Shown: positions 47,476-57,200 of the stretch, in pieces
How positions within the stretch are numbered: the stretch's first letter is position 1
Layout of the letters: every line of letters starts with the position of its first letter
IMG/VR virus record: IMGVR_UViG_3300043419_000898
Location: 1 to 64,000 of that record
DNA: 64,000 nucleotides
Reading direction: 5' to 3' (one strand)
Source: a virus
Program-made: the position numbers and the translations under genes
Notes under the pieces: model-generated
Seen by the model: the letters and a program-made list of their open reading frames with translations, nothing else
What the model was told of the DNA's origin: nothing
The model's database searches: none

Positions 47476-47922
47476 ATGAATGTTGTTTGTTTAGTGGGTC
47501 GTGTCGTCGCTGACCCTGAAGTAAAAACACTATCGTCGGGTTCTATCGTCGCCAGCATGCGTATTGCTGTTGACCGTCCGGTCGCAAAAGATGCAGAAGT
47601 GACCGCTGACTTTATCAGCCTGAGTGCTTTTGGTAAGACTGCCGAGTTTGCGTCTAAGTACATCACGAAGGGTCAGAAGATTTCCGTTCAAGGTCGTCTT
47701 CAAATCCGTGACTACACGGACAAGGACGGCAACAAGCGAACTGCAGCTGAAGTGCTGGTTAATGACCTCCGTGGCGTAGACCGACCCTCTGGAGGCGGAA
47801 ATGCACAAGGTGGCGTAAACTACCAGCCAAATGGAAATCGGTTCCAGAATAAGGCACAGAACGCCACACAGCGGGTTTCCCGCCCATTTGATGAACCTAT
47901 CACTGACCCATTTGCGGAGTAG
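47476..47922 (+). CDS. ssb: Single-stranded DNA-binding protein
   Basis: MNVVCLVGRVVADPE, KGQKISVQGRLQ and acidic DPF tail. Confidence 0.96.
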   Translation: MNVVCLVGRVVADPEVKTLSSGSIVASMRIAVDRPVAKDAEVTADFISLSAFGKTAEFASKYITKGQKISVQGRLQIRDYTDKDGNKRTAAEVLVNDLRGVDRPSGGGNAQGGVNYQPNGNRFQNKAQNATQRVSRPFDEPITDPFAE

Positions 47923-47928
47923 TTATAG

Positions 47929-48195
47929 ATGAATCCATTTCGAAAGATGTATATGGATGCGGCACGTGCTAAGGGAGCGTCACACAGTGACGTTCTCTTT
48001 GTGCTTCAACGGTCAGGATATGACTCTATGACCTATCACGCATTTATGATGAGACTGAACCGGGGTACGATTGACCAGCAATTTGTCAACACATTAGCCC
48101 TGATTGTTGATGTTGATGCTGCTCAACTTTACACAGAAGCGTCAACAAGATACGAGTTTTACAAGAGCCGATATGCCAATAGCGATAATCCTTAA
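47929..48195 (+). CDS. Hypothetical protein, possible HTH
   Basis: 88-aa ORF with GGAG RBS. Confidence 0.6.
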   Translation: MNPFRKMYMDAARAKGASHSDVLFVLQRSGYDSMTYHAFMMRLNRGTIDQQFVNTLALIVDVDAAQLYTEASTRYEFYKSRYANSDNP

Positions 48196-49138
48196 TAACC
48201 AATCCGTAGGTAAGAACTGCCCTGAGATAGCAGCAGTACGCAGTGGAAACGTAGAGCAAAACGTCATAGGTGAAGCGTGGGTTATAAAGCCCGAAAACAT
48301 CACTTCTGTATGGCGTCCTGAGTGTGAAGTATGGGAAGTAGCCATACAAGGCGAAGGCACATATGCTGGCTCACACAAGGTCAAGTATCTACGTCAGGCA
48401 AGTGACATTCAACTGAATCAGTTAGGTGTCTACACTGCTGGCGTGACAGGTTCTGACTACGGAGGAACCAAAGTTGTCAAAGATACAGGCTACGTAGTAG
48501 GTGCAAGCCCTGCGATAAACATAAGTGCTGAGAATGCTGCAATCAGATGCGACAGTGGAAGTTCTGGGACTATCACTGCATATAAGTCAAAGATACACAT
48601 TGACGAAAACACAAACATCATCCTTCATGCAACTGACTGCACAATTACCGCTTCTAGTGGAACTATATTTGCGGAAAACTCTAAAGTCACTGCTACAGGT
48701 CAAACAATCGTCAATTGCGTGAACTGTACTGTAGAAGCACATGACTCAGTGGCTGTAAAGTCATCTGGTTCTAAGTTGCAGGTTGACGGCAATGTTTTTG
48801 TTAATCCAAATTCATGCGTTGTTGTAGCCAAGTGTCAAAGCATTATTAGTTGCAATGATAACAAGGTAAAAGTCACTGCATCTGAAAGTGTTATCTGTAT
48901 TGTGAACGACATCGAGCAAGCACACGCCACAGGCTCTATGGCTGAGTCATTTGCGAAGCAGAAGTTCATCTTGAGTGATAACGCCATAGTTGTATCAAGG
49001 ACGCTAGGTGACTACGTGTGGACGCCTACAGGCAAGTACTACGCATCTGCAATCAAGGGTGCACCACAAGACTTACCTAAATCAACTGGACGCCCAAGAA
49101 AACAACCAAGACCTGAAGATGAGGTTGCACTAGACTAA
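48173..49138 (+). CDS. Beta-solenoid repeat protein with C-terminal AT-hook-like motif
   Basis: Short V/I-x-A repeats and TGRPRK. Confidence 0.6.
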   Translation: MPIAIILNNQSVGKNCPEIAAVRSGNVEQNVIGEAWVIKPENITSVWRPECEVWEVAIQGEGTYAGSHKVKYLRQASDIQLNQLGVYTAGVTGSDYGGTKVVKDTGYVVGASPAINISAENAAIRCDSGSSGTITAYKSKIHIDENTNIILHATDCTITASSGTIFAENSKVTATGQTIVNCVNCTVEAHDSVAVKSSGSKLQVDGNVFVNPNSCVVVAKCQSIISCNDNKVKVTASESVICIVNDIEQAHATGSMAESFAKQKFILSDNAIVVSRTLGDYVWTPTGKYYASAIKGAPQDLPKSTGRPRKQPRPEDEVALD

Positions 49139-49581
49139 TGGCTTCCAGACAACCACGCAAAGCAGTTTATGTTGCAGTGTTCTTAGACGGCTCAGAGCCA
49201 AACAAAGTCTATACACGGTTTGAAAATGCCAACCGTACTCACTATGGCAATGACAATGTAGAAATCTATCGTCACAAAGTATTAGAAGATGGGGATTATA
49301 CTTGTGTGCCAAATGAAGACAGTTCGAAGCAGGCAAAGCGATACGTTAGCGAAGATGTAAAGCAACGCCAATCTGAATACATGAAGGAGCACTATAGACG
49401 ATATGTCTACTTAGCCTTCAATGAAGCAACAGGCGAGTATCGTGACTTTACACGCAAGCAAAACTGCATCATATTCTGTAGTTCAAACTCTGAGTACATT
49501 CCGTATCTGATGCTAAGAACAGATTGGGATGAACATGGTCAGTTGTTCGATGAAACAATAATCGATATGAGCCAGACATAA
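49138..49581 (+). CDS. Hypothetical protein
   Basis: 147-aa TAATG-coupled ORF. Confidence 0.7.
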   Translation: MASRQPRKAVYVAVFLDGSEPNKVYTRFENANRTHYGNDNVEIYRHKVLEDGDYTCVPNEDSSKQAKRYVSEDVKQRQSEYMKEHYRRYVYLAFNEATGEYRDFTRKQNCIIFCSSNSEYIPYLMLRTDWDEHGQLFDETIIDMSQT

Positions 49582-49631
49582 TGTCTGGCTCTTTTGTTTG
49601 CATACCTCACTGATATACTTGACCCATTGAC

Positions 49632-50204
49632 ATGAACTTACCAGATAAAAAATACGACGTTGTCTTGATGGACCCACCTTGGTACTACGGTAACAAGACT
49701 GGTATGGCTGCGGCTGAAAAGCATTACCGAACCATGAAGGATGACGACCTAATGGCTCTTGATGTCCCATCGTTACTAAAGCCTACGTCAGTAGTTTTCT
49801 GTTGGGCTACGGGTCCACGCCTTGACTTTGCTATGCAACTCATGGCTCACTGGAATCTGCATTATCGCTGCATGGCTTTTGTATGGGTAAAGACTACGAA
49901 AGCGGGTGTGCCGTACGGAGCTAGGGGCATACGACCAACAATAGTAAAACCAACAACTGAGTTCGTGTTGGCATGCTCACCTATGAGGAAAGGACGACCT
50001 ATGCAACCACAAGACCTAACTGTCCCACAAGTCCTTATGGCGTCTCCCATGGAGCACTCACGCAAGCCAGAAGATATCCACGAACGTATTGACCGTTTGT
50101 ATCCCGATGCAACAAAGCTGGAGATGTTTGCTAGGCGTCCATATAAGAACTGGGACATATGGGGAAATGAAGTTGGTTATATAAGCGAAGAGGCTCCTGA
50201 ATAG
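49632..50204 (+). CDS. MT-A70 family N6-adenine DNA methyltransferase
   Basis: VVLMDPPW, FVWVKT, EHSRKP, LEMFARR and WGNE. Confidence 0.93.
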   Translation: MNLPDKKYDVVLMDPPWYYGNKTGMAAAEKHYRTMKDDDLMALDVPSLLKPTSVVFCWATGPRLDFAMQLMAHWNLHYRCMAFVWVKTTKAGVPYGARGIRPTIVKPTTEFVLACSPMRKGRPMQPQDLTVPQVLMASPMEHSRKPEDIHERIDRLYPDATKLEMFARRPYKNWDIWGNEVGYISEEAPE

Positions 50205-50220
50205 GAGCCTCTTTTTACTT
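50188..50220. terminator. Terminator between convergent genes
   Basis: AAGAGGCTCCT-gaat-AGGAGCCTCTT followed by TTT. Confidence 0.75.
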
Positions 50221-50619
50221 ACGGATTGGTTTGTTCCAGTCAGGGTCTTCATAGAACATACGACGTCCAACGTAGAAGACTTGACCAATATCTCCTGCAC
50301 CTTCGGCTCTCCATGTTCCATCAGGATGCCTGATGATACTTACAATTTCACCTTTGGTGTCACGTACCATCTTGGCAACTCCGCCCTTCATAAGAACTTT
50401 ATCTGACTGGATGGTCAGTTTAGAGAAACCAGTCTTCAAGTTGACTGGATACTTCTTGATTACAGTGTATGGAATAAGGTCAGTATAAAGAACTTCCGTA
50501 ACACCTGAAAAACGGTCGGCAGTGAATGGACCAGACTCTTTTACGAGTGCAATATTTCGTGCTGAACCGTAATAATCTTCAGCCCATTCATAAACTGGTT
50601 TGACCTTAGGGATTGTCAT
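50215..50619 (-). CDS. Hypothetical protein
   Basis: 134-aa coupled ORF. Confidence 0.65.
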   Translation of the reverse strand: MTIPKVKPVYEWAEDYYGSARNIALVKESGPFTADRFSGVTEVLYTDLIPYTVIKKYPVNLKTGFSKLTIQSDKVLMKGGVAKMVRDTKGEIVSIIRHPDGTWRAEGAGDIGQVFYVGRRMFYEDPDWNKPIRK

Positions 50620-51263
50620 TCGCTAAAACTCTTTTCAATAACTTCACACCAAGTTCTATCTACTGCATCTGCCAGAGCCTGTTGGGTTTGTTTGTCAGCG
50701 GTTATCTTGACTAAGAATGGACCGCCTCCCCACTCGGCTACAGTAATACTCTTGACTGAAAGTTCCTCTTCAAATTGCTTAGTGCCAACATTGTCGTGAA
50801 AAAGAATGAGGTGCATTTCATCTATTCCCAAGACGAGTAGTTGGTACTGCATTTGATTGTACACAGACTGAGGAATGGACTTACTGTTTTTATAGTCAGA
50901 AACGTATCTAAATCCACATTTACATTCGATGGCATACACTGAGCCATCTTCTGCAATATGCAGTCCATCAAGCGATACACGACGCCAAGGGTGCTCCACT
51001 GACTGTATGCACTCAGGCTCAAACTTCATCTGCAACTTATCTTCAGCTATGGCACGTGCGTATGGTTCAAGAATATGACCAAGCTGCATAGCCTGTGTTG
51101 ATGGACTACTTGCCATGTCAACAGCCTGAAGTTTTTCACTGATGAATCTAGCCTTACTACCGGGCATCAATAGACGCCCGGCTTCAGTGGCAGTTATTCC
51201 GCCTTTACGCCAGTTCAGCCACTCTTCTGTGCCTTGCTCCATGGCAACTACCGTGAACTTCAT
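50616..51263 (-). CDS. YqaJ/lambda-exonuclease-like recombination nuclease
   Basis: QGTEEWLNWRKGGITATE, GHILEP, SLDG, IECKC and QMQYQLLV. Confidence 0.92.
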   Translation of the reverse strand: MKFTVVAMEQGTEEWLNWRKGGITATEAGRLLMPGSKARFISEKLQAVDMASSPSTQAMQLGHILEPYARAIAEDKLQMKFEPECIQSVEHPWRRVSLDGLHIAEDGSVYAIECKCGFRYVSDYKNSKSIPQSVYNQMQYQLLVLGIDEMHLILFHDNVGTKQFEEELSVKSITVAEWGGGPFLVKITADKQTQQALADAVDRTWCEVIEKSFSE

Positions 51264-51670
51264 ACGCCTACTGCTTCCCTTAATTTTGCCATCACTGACG
51301 TGTTTTCCTGAGGTAGAACCTTGTTCAGTGTGACTATAAGGTCAACAATGTCACCTACTGTCTGGAAAAGACGGTCGTCTATGGAGTCCATATGAACGAT
51401 GCCGTCACGGACGTTTCTTGTTTCATCGTACTGTGCTAGTTCAATGAAACGTGCTCTTTGAGCATTTACGCTGAATCTGATGTTATTTAGGTCTTCTACG
51501 TAACCACGTAGCATCTGTACATCAGCCGCTGATAGGCTTGTCCGATTCTTGTTTGACTTCTTCAACTTCTTCCCCTTTGAACGTGTGTTTGACGCCAGCC
51601 TTCCACTGCTTGTCAATGCCAGCAACGGCGTCACTGAAGTCCTTCCACGAGTCAAACTTAGCGTCAACAA
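51260..51670 (-). CDS. Hypothetical protein (true start probably downstream)
   Basis: ORF coupled to the exonuclease start. Confidence 0.5.
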   Translation of the reverse strand: MLTLSLTRGRTSVTPLLALTSSGRLASNTRSKGKKLKKSNKNRTSLSAADVQMLRGYVEDLNNIRFSVNAQRARFIELAQYDETRNVRDGIVHMDSIDDRLFQTVGDIVDLIVTLNKVLPQENTSVMAKLREAVGV

Positions 51671-51839
51671 TGAACGTCACGACACGTGTGTCTTCACCGT
51701 CAATACCGACGCAGTCTACATAGAAGATGACCGACTTTTCCTTGCTGGCTTTTATTCCAGTCAAAGCAAACCAGCCTTCAGTTAAACCCTGCTGCACAGC
51801 CGCAGTCACGACTTGCTCATGTAATTGCTTGTATGTCAT
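51522..51839 (-). CDS. Hypothetical protein, leaderless
   Basis: TTGCTC-17-TAGAAT then 6 nt to ATG. Confidence 0.65.
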   Translation of the reverse strand: MTYKQLHEQVVTAAVQQGLTEGWFALTGIKASKEKSVIFYVDCVGIDGEDTRVVTFIVDAKFDSWKDFSDAVAGIDKQWKAGVKHTFKGEEVEEVKQESDKPISG

Positions 51840-52019
51840 GCATTCATTCTAGAACGCTTCATAACACCGAGCAATGAACACTTTATATTAGATAGTCTTC
51901 AGTTTGTCAATAGTAAAAAACACAAATAAAATAAATAAAAAACAACTTGTACGTTTTGATTTACCGTGGTTATAATGTAACCGACGGAAGTCAAACACTA
52001 AAAGGAAGGGTAAAAAACA

Positions 52020-52205
52020 TTGGCTAAAGTAAAAACAGCAACAACAGAGACGCTTTCTATCGTCTTGTCTGGTGATGCAGTCGAAGAAGCAGTAGCAGCC
52101 CGTGATACATTGACCAAGAAGCTCGGATTTGTTCCGACTTGGCGTCAGGTTGTTTCACTGACTCTCAATCAGTTCAACAAGATTCAGCGCACAGAATCTG
52201 AATAA
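52020..52205 (+). CDS. Small hypothetical protein
   Basis: Upstream TATAAT promoter and AAGGAAGG RBS. Confidence 0.6.
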   Translation: MAKVKTATTETLSIVLSGDAVEEAVAARDTLTKKLGFVPTWRQVVSLTLNQFNKIQRTESE

Positions 52206-52218
52206 AGGTAGGCTACTG

Positions 52219-52491
52219 GTGCAAGAACAACCTCAGTTCAGCATATGGCGTGTCATAACAAGGGCATTTGTAGTGGTTATAGGCTTAGTGATGTTGCCTG
52301 TAATCTTAGTGCTCGCATTGATATCAATAACAATGTCTATCTTTGGAGTGGTACTCGCCGAACTAGGTAAGTTGTTATTGGTGCCAACGAACGACATGGT
52401 GTGTGCCATCTTTGCACCTCATCAAAGTCAGTTGTTCCGTGTGTCTGGTCAAACAGAAATCACAGAACGTACAGACGAAGACCAAGAGTAG
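52219..52491 (+). CDS. Small membrane protein
   Basis: Long hydrophobic stretch. Confidence 0.6.
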   Translation: MQEQPQFSIWRVITRAFVVVIGLVMLPVILVLALISITMSIFGVVLAELGKLLLVPTNDMVCAIFAPHQSQLFRVSGQTEITERTDEDQE

Positions 52492-52586
52492 TCAACACTA
52501 AAGTCGCCCCATACTGCGTGGTTATCGCTACGCTGTGTGGGGCATAGTTGTCTCTAGTGGTCATACAATAATGATGGAGAGCAAGC

Positions 52587-52889
52587 ATGACATTCACTGA
52601 GATTTCCGATTTTGTCGCCAACGGACGAACTGTATACAGAACGTCTGAGCCTGAGCAGATGTACTTCATCTTTTCTGGTCGTATTGCAAACGTCGTTATC
52701 TTTACTGCTGATACTGAGTATCTTCCTGAGCCGGGTAACGGATACTGCGTGTATACGCACGATGTAGAAGGAGTTGAGTACAAGATTATTGACGACTGGG
52801 TAATCTCAACTGACATGCTTGGTGCTGATGACTGGGAAGTTGTGCCAGATATGTCCATTGAATGGGGAGATAGAAATTCTGAGCGATGA
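52587..52889 (+). CDS. DUF2829/Tad2-like paralog
   Basis: MTFTEI..NGRTVYR...DMLGADDWEVV. Confidence 0.6.
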   Translation: MTFTEISDFVANGRTVYRTSEPEQMYFIFSGRIANVVIFTADTEYLPEPGNGYCVYTHDVEGVEYKIIDDWVISTDMLGADDWEVVPDMSIEWGDRNSER

Positions 52890-53518
52890 CATTCAAAGAC
52901 ATATTGCCACACCTTGAGTTAGGCTTATTCTGTCGTCGTAGGTCAGACTTGAATTACTACTACTTTATCTACGACGGAAAGAACTACAACTATCAAGTGG
53001 GGCTTGAGCCTGAAAATGGAAAGCCAGCACTTGGAAACGGATATAGAATTTCATCTAAGCCGGTAGTTGTCAACGGCTATTGTGGGTACACCTTAGATGA
53101 CTGGGAGCCTAACGAGCTCGACATGAGTGTGTCTGACTGGGAGGTTCCAGCGGTTGACCTTTTGCTACCTGAAGTAGTAATGGAGAAACAAGAAGTGGCA
53201 CCAGTGGAAATCAAGAGGCTTGACACAAGCAAGCCGATATCAAAGCGACCACCACGGCAAAGAGAGCCAAAGAGCAACATAGACTTTGATGTAGCACTTC
53301 TTCACCTAAAGAAGGGTGGCATCACTGAAGTGCCAACATACGAGCAAGGCGACATACTCGCTGTTCAGTACCAACTATTCAACAACATTACACTGATGAC
53401 TCGCAAGCGGTTATACGACAAAGTCTATGACGCATGGGTGCCATATCAGTGGCAAGCAAAAGACTTTGCCTGTATTGATTACAGGCTACTGAAAGCAAAG
53501 GATAAGAATGACTCCTAG
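52886..53518 (+). CDS. DUF2829/Tad2-like protein with two tandem domains
   Basis: MTFKDILPHLELG..CRR...DMSVSDWEV, then IDFDVALLHLKKGG...KDFACIDYRLL. Confidence 0.6.
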   Translation: MTFKDILPHLELGLFCRRRSDLNYYYFIYDGKNYNYQVGLEPENGKPALGNGYRISSKPVVVNGYCGYTLDDWEPNELDMSVSDWEVPAVDLLLPEVVMEKQEVAPVEIKRLDTSKPISKRPPRQREPKSNIDFDVALLHLKKGGITEVPTYEQGDILAVQYQLFNNITLMTRKRLYDKVYDAWVPYQWQAKDFACIDYRLLKAKDKNDS

Positions 53519-53756
53519 AAAACGATACATCTACATGCTGAAGGCTGATGGTCAAAACGACAATCGTGTCTTTTACATCACAACAAAAGCAAAGTATGTT
53601 ATCTGTGAGATGCTAAAGAAGGGTGCTACTGAAGTCACCGTACTGCGAGCAGAACACGATGAGTTTAAGGCAAATCCTAACTGCGAAATGGAAGTAGTCA
53701 CTGTGTGCGACAAGGTTTGGTGGAACGACTACTTGCAAGGAAAACGTGGATGGTAA
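53508..53756 (+). CDS. Hypothetical protein
   Basis: 82-aa ORF in the operon. Confidence 0.6.
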   Translation: MTPRKRYIYMLKADGQNDNRVFYITTKAKYVICEMLKKGATEVTVLRAEHDEFKANPNCEMEVVTVCDKVWWNDYLQGKRGW

Positions 53757-54142
53757 TCAACCTTTTGCCGACTGGTCACAAAGAGCAGTTCAGAGAGTCT
53801 TTTGTTTCTGAGGTAATCAGTGCCCTAAGAGAGCCTAATGAGACAACACATGAAGTCTATCTAGGTGACTACTACCTAAAAGTAGATAAGAAGTTCATCA
53901 CTGACATCGACTCAACAGATAAGAACTGGGAGCACGGTGTAATCAACTACGAGTTTGGATACACAGACAACAGCATTGAAGTGAATCCTATCAAGGGGCG
54001 TTTTGTTGGCGTAACTTTAATCTTTGCTGCACATCCGGAAATCATGATTGCTGATAGGTTTGACTACATCTACACACGATTAATCAACAACGTGTTGACA
54101 CAGGCAGAAGCAAAAGAATATTACGACGAACTTGACTACTAG
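53705..54142 (+). CDS. Hypothetical protein
   Basis: Acidic ORF; true start probably near 53750. Confidence 0.6.
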   Translation: MRQGLVERLLARKTWMVINLLPTGHKEQFRESFVSEVISALREPNETTHEVYLGDYYLKVDKKFITDIDSTDKNWEHGVINYEFGYTDNSIEVNPIKGRFVGVTLIFAAHPEIMIADRFDYIYTRLINNVLTQAEAKEYYDELDY

Positions 54143-54180
54143 TAGTTGACAAAGTACATGATAAGTGGTAAAACACTTAC

Positions 54181-54450
54181 ATGGAAAACAATAAGAATAA
54201 TGCACCACTTTGGTTTATCGGTGGGCTACTTTTAGGCGGTACTCCGATATTCCCATTTGCGTTCGGTTGCCTTGGATTGGTTTCAGTAATAGTCGTATTT
54301 TCTATTGGTTCTGTTCTAAGTGCTCTGACTTATGCAGTAGTGCTGCACTGGAAGACGCTTTTGTTGTTTGTGATATTTGGCTCAGTATTCGCACTTCTCG
54401 GATACATGTACATGCTAGAGGAGAAGAAGAAGCGTGAAAATAAGGGCTAA
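54181..54450 (+). CDS. Membrane protein
   Basis: 2-3 TM segments; TTGACA box upstream. Confidence 0.65.
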   Translation: MENNKNNAPLWFIGGLLLGGTPIFPFAFGCLGLVSVIVVFSIGSVLSALTYAVVLHWKTLLLFVIFGSVFALLGYMYMLEEKKKRENKG

Positions 54451-54769
54451 CTATATTGACGTCACATGTGACCAGTATGTTGCTTGCCACATGTTGGTCA
54501 TGTTCTACGAAACAAACGTCGTATCAGACTTCATCAAAATCACCGTATCTGACGTGCTTTCAAACGATGTGGGCATGGAACCGTTGGTTATGTATCCATC
54601 TATTGACGATGAGGCTTGTACGTACAAAGTACGGATGATTCTTCGTGGCGTTGAAGAAATCAAAGTTTATCCATACGACATGCTTCATAAGATGTTGAAT
54701 AATCGTCTAATACCTTTTTGGATGACCGAGATTGACAAGTGTGTAGCGTCCATGAAGGGGCTAAACTGA
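54434..54769 (+). CDS. Hypothetical protein
   Basis: 111-aa ORF coupled to the next gene. Confidence 0.6.
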   Translation: MKIRANYIDVTCDQYVACHMLVMFYETNVVSDFIKITVSDVLSNDVGMEPLVMYPSIDDEACTYKVRMILRGVEEIKVYPYDMLHKMLNNRLIPFWMTEIDKCVASMKGLN

Positions 54770-55011
54770 TGACGCTTGAAGAAGCACTCTTCTGGATGCG
54801 TGATGGTAAAGCCGTTGTTTCCAAGAAGATGATGATGAAGTTCAAAATGGAGAGACGTCCAGTCAACCTAGGAGGCTCTACAAAGACATACTGGTTCATA
54901 GAGTTTCAGCACATGAATACTAAGTTTCCAGAAGAATGGATACGGTGGCATAGTGCAAATGATGACTTCTTCGACTTGATAAACGACGATACGTGGGAGT
55001 TAGTACCATGA
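54769..55011 (+). CDS. DUF2829/Tad2-like paralog
   Basis: MTLEEALFWMRDGKAV...DLINDDTWELV. Confidence 0.6.
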   Translation: MTLEEALFWMRDGKAVVSKKMMMKFKMERRPVNLGGSTKTYWFIEFQHMNTKFPEEWIRWHSANDDFFDLINDDTWELVP

Positions 55012-55199
55012 CAATCAATGATGCACTGCCGTTGCTTGATGAGAGAAAAATCATCTGTACGGCTTCACATCGTTTCAGGAAGAGCCGAATTGGCTACGAG
55101 TGGACGAACGTAGGTGAGCCAGATATCTGGTGGCCAGTACAAGCAAAACTTGAGTTCATAGACATAACCGATGATTGGGTTTTAGAGGTAACAGAATGA
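55008..55199 (+). CDS. DUF2829/Tad2-like paralog (short)
   Basis: MTINDALPLLDERKII...IDITDDWVL. Confidence 0.5.
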   Translation: MTINDALPLLDERKIICTASHRFRKSRIGYEWTNVGEPDIWWPVQAKLEFIDITDDWVLEVTE

Positions 55200-55471
55200 C
55201 ATTTCCAGAAGCACTAGCACACTTACTTGACTACAGAGTAATGCAACGAGTTGATGATGGCCAGACATTCAACTTCTGGTTCAACAAAGATACCGGAAGC
55301 GGCATGTACGAAGAAGATGAGTTTATGTTTGCAAGCATGTGGTTTGTTTCTATTGACGACTTTACTGACGAAAACTGGGAGTTTACAGATAAAGCAACAG
55401 AAGCACGTATCAAAGAGAAGTATAGTGCGAATCACAAGTATGTAAAAGGCATTGGCTTAGCACGTAAGTAA
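55196..55471 (+). CDS. DUF2829/Tad2-like paralog
   Basis: MTFPEALAHLLDYRVMQR...SIDDFTDENWEF. Confidence 0.6.
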   Translation: MTFPEALAHLLDYRVMQRVDDGQTFNFWFNKDTGSGMYEEDEFMFASMWFVSIDDFTDENWEFTDKATEARIKEKYSANHKYVKGIGLARK

Positions 55472-55561
55472 GCCAATTAACGAAATGTAGGCACCATGAA
55501 AATGGTGTCTTTTTTTATTTGTACTATTTACAATCTGACAACAAGGATGTATAGTGACTAC

Positions 55562-55753
55562 ATGAGATTTGCTGAAGTTATAGATGCTTTGATAAATGGG
55601 AAGAAGGTTAGACGGGCTTCTTGGCAGCAAGTAGGCGGATGTGTCACGTGTGACTTTACACAGATGACCATCTCCATTGGCGGTGTTGACAGTCCATTCA
55701 GCCTAAACACAATTTCTTTACTTGCTGATGACTGGGAGGTGCTTGATGACTAG
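55562..55753 (+). CDS. DUF2829/Tad2-like paralog
   Basis: MRFAEVIDALINGKKVRRASW...SLLADDWEVL, near-canonical; TTTACA-17-TATAGT then 6 nt to ATG. Confidence 0.8.
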   Translation: MRFAEVIDALINGKKVRRASWQQVGGCVTCDFTQMTISIGGVDSPFSLNTISLLADDWEVLDD

Positions 55754-56090
55754 TCAAGAGTTAGTGGATTGTTTGCTTGATGGCAAAACGTTGACTCATT
55801 CTTTCTTTGGAAGGAACGGTCGTGTTCACATATTGAACGTAGCAGAAGAGCACGATGCTTACCAACGTCTTGTTGTTGTTTATAGGGATGGAGAGATTGG
55901 CTGGAATCGACAGACTTATAAAGAGACGCTTGAACGCTCAAAGTTAGAGAACTTCTTAAAGCACATCTACATAGACACACTGAACATATACCGTGATAAC
56001 ACGCTTATGATGCCAGAGCAGTATCAACTATTCAAGAAAGCATATAACGAGTCAGATTGGTCAATCTGGGAGCCTACAGATGAAGTTTAG
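55746..56090 (+). CDS. DUF2829/Tad2-like paralog (divergent)
   Basis: MTSQELVDCLLDGKTL...ESDWSIW. Confidence 0.5.
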   Translation: MTSQELVDCLLDGKTLTHSFFGRNGRVHILNVAEEHDAYQRLVVVYRDGEIGWNRQTYKETLERSKLENFLKHIYIDTLNIYRDNTLMMPEQYQLFKKAYNESDWSIWEPTDEV

Positions 56091-56346
56091 AGCAAAGCCT
56101 TCTGGCTGCAAGTACTTGTCAAAAAGAGACCAAGAAGCAATACGGTTCTGCATGAACTACTTCAGGGAGAATCCAACAGAACTTTCATGCACGTTGTACG
56201 AAGTGCTTGAAGATGGTACTGAGCAGATAGTCGGAAATATCGCAAACCCTGAGTTTGAAAAACTGGAAGAAGACGTCGTAAGACTCATGTCTATCTATAC
56301 GCACTTCAAGAAAAAGGGTGAGCCTACACCAGAGATGTGGCAATAA
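56080..56346 (+). CDS. Hypothetical protein
   Basis: 88-aa ORF. Confidence 0.6.
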   Translation: MKFRAKPSGCKYLSKRDQEAIRFCMNYFRENPTELSCTLYEVLEDGTEQIVGNIANPEFEKLEEDVVRLMSIYTHFKKKGEPTPEMWQ

Positions 56347-56539
56347 GATGCTTTTCAGCACATTAACAGACTTGCAGAACGTAGTGTTAGGACTACCTCA
56401 GTATGCAACTGAGCCTCCTAAATGGTTTATACATAGGGAGCATTACGCCTTGATTATAAAGTCACAGTACAAGTATGCAAAGGCTATTCGCAAAGCCAAG
56501 GCACGTAAAAAGCGTATCAATTCGAAGTGTGGAAGGTAA
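56318..56539 (+). CDS. Small basic hypothetical protein
   Basis: K/R-rich C-terminus; true start probably 56348. Confidence 0.5.
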   Translation: MSLHQRCGNKMLFSTLTDLQNVVLGLPQYATEPPKWFIHREHYALIIKSQYKYAKAIRKAKARKKRINSKCGR

Positions 56540-56542
56540 TCA

Positions 56543-56776
56543 ATGACTGGACTTGAAGCACTTGAATTATTGCGGAATAGCGACACTAAAGTCAAACGTG
56601 CCGAATGGAGAAGTGATGAATACCTAAGAGCATATGGCAACGGTCAGGGTATATGTCCATCATTAGGCTACCACCGTAAACGGGGAGAGGACTGTTACTA
56701 TCCAGAGGATGCTGTTACTTTAACCGATGACATTTTAAACGACTTTACAGCAGACGATTGGGAGGCAGTGGAATGA
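56543..56776 (+). CDS. DUF2829/Tad2-like paralog
   Basis: MTGLEALELLRNSDTKVKRAEW...DFTADDWEAVE. Confidence 0.75.
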   Translation: MTGLEALELLRNSDTKVKRAEWRSDEYLRAYGNGQGICPSLGYHRKRGEDCYYPEDAVTLTDDILNDFTADDWEAVE

Positions 56777-56994
56777 CAATACACGAAATAAGCCCATCTG
56801 TTTCCAAAGGCTTTCCATTTAAACGTGATGTCTGGCCACAAAAGCTTTACTACTACTACGACAGAGATGACCAGTGGTTTATCCAAGTTAACTCAGAGAC
56901 TGGATGCGAAATCATCATGTACACACTTGACCTAAATCTTGAAGACTTGATGGCTACTGACTGGAGTGTTGACGAGTGGGAGGTAGAAGAATGA
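56773..56994 (+). CDS. DUF2829/Tad2-like paralog
   Basis: MTIHEI..KGFPFKRDVW...EDLMATDWSV. Confidence 0.7.
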   Translation: MTIHEISPSVSKGFPFKRDVWPQKLYYYYDRDDQWFIQVNSETGCEIIMYTLDLNLEDLMATDWSVDEWEVEE

Positions 56995-57200
56995 GTGGAG
57001 TGGAGGCACTAGCCTTAGCCAAGCACGGCATGAAGGTAACTTGTCACAACTGGTACGACAAAGATAATCCTTGGGACTACTCCGCATGGATTGAAGAAGG
57101 ATGTATAGTGAATAGCCCGTACGAAGGTATGAGTGCATACGACGCCACAAACGCCTTTCTGGCAGACCTACTACATCAAGAATGGGAAGTACTTGAGTAA
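56991..57200 (+). CDS. DUF2829/Tad2-like paralog
   Basis: MSGVEALALAKHGMKVTCHNW...DLLHQEWEVLE. Confidence 0.65.
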   Translation: MSGVEALALAKHGMKVTCHNWYDKDNPWDYSAWIEEGCIVNSPYEGMSAYDATNAFLADLLHQEWEVLE

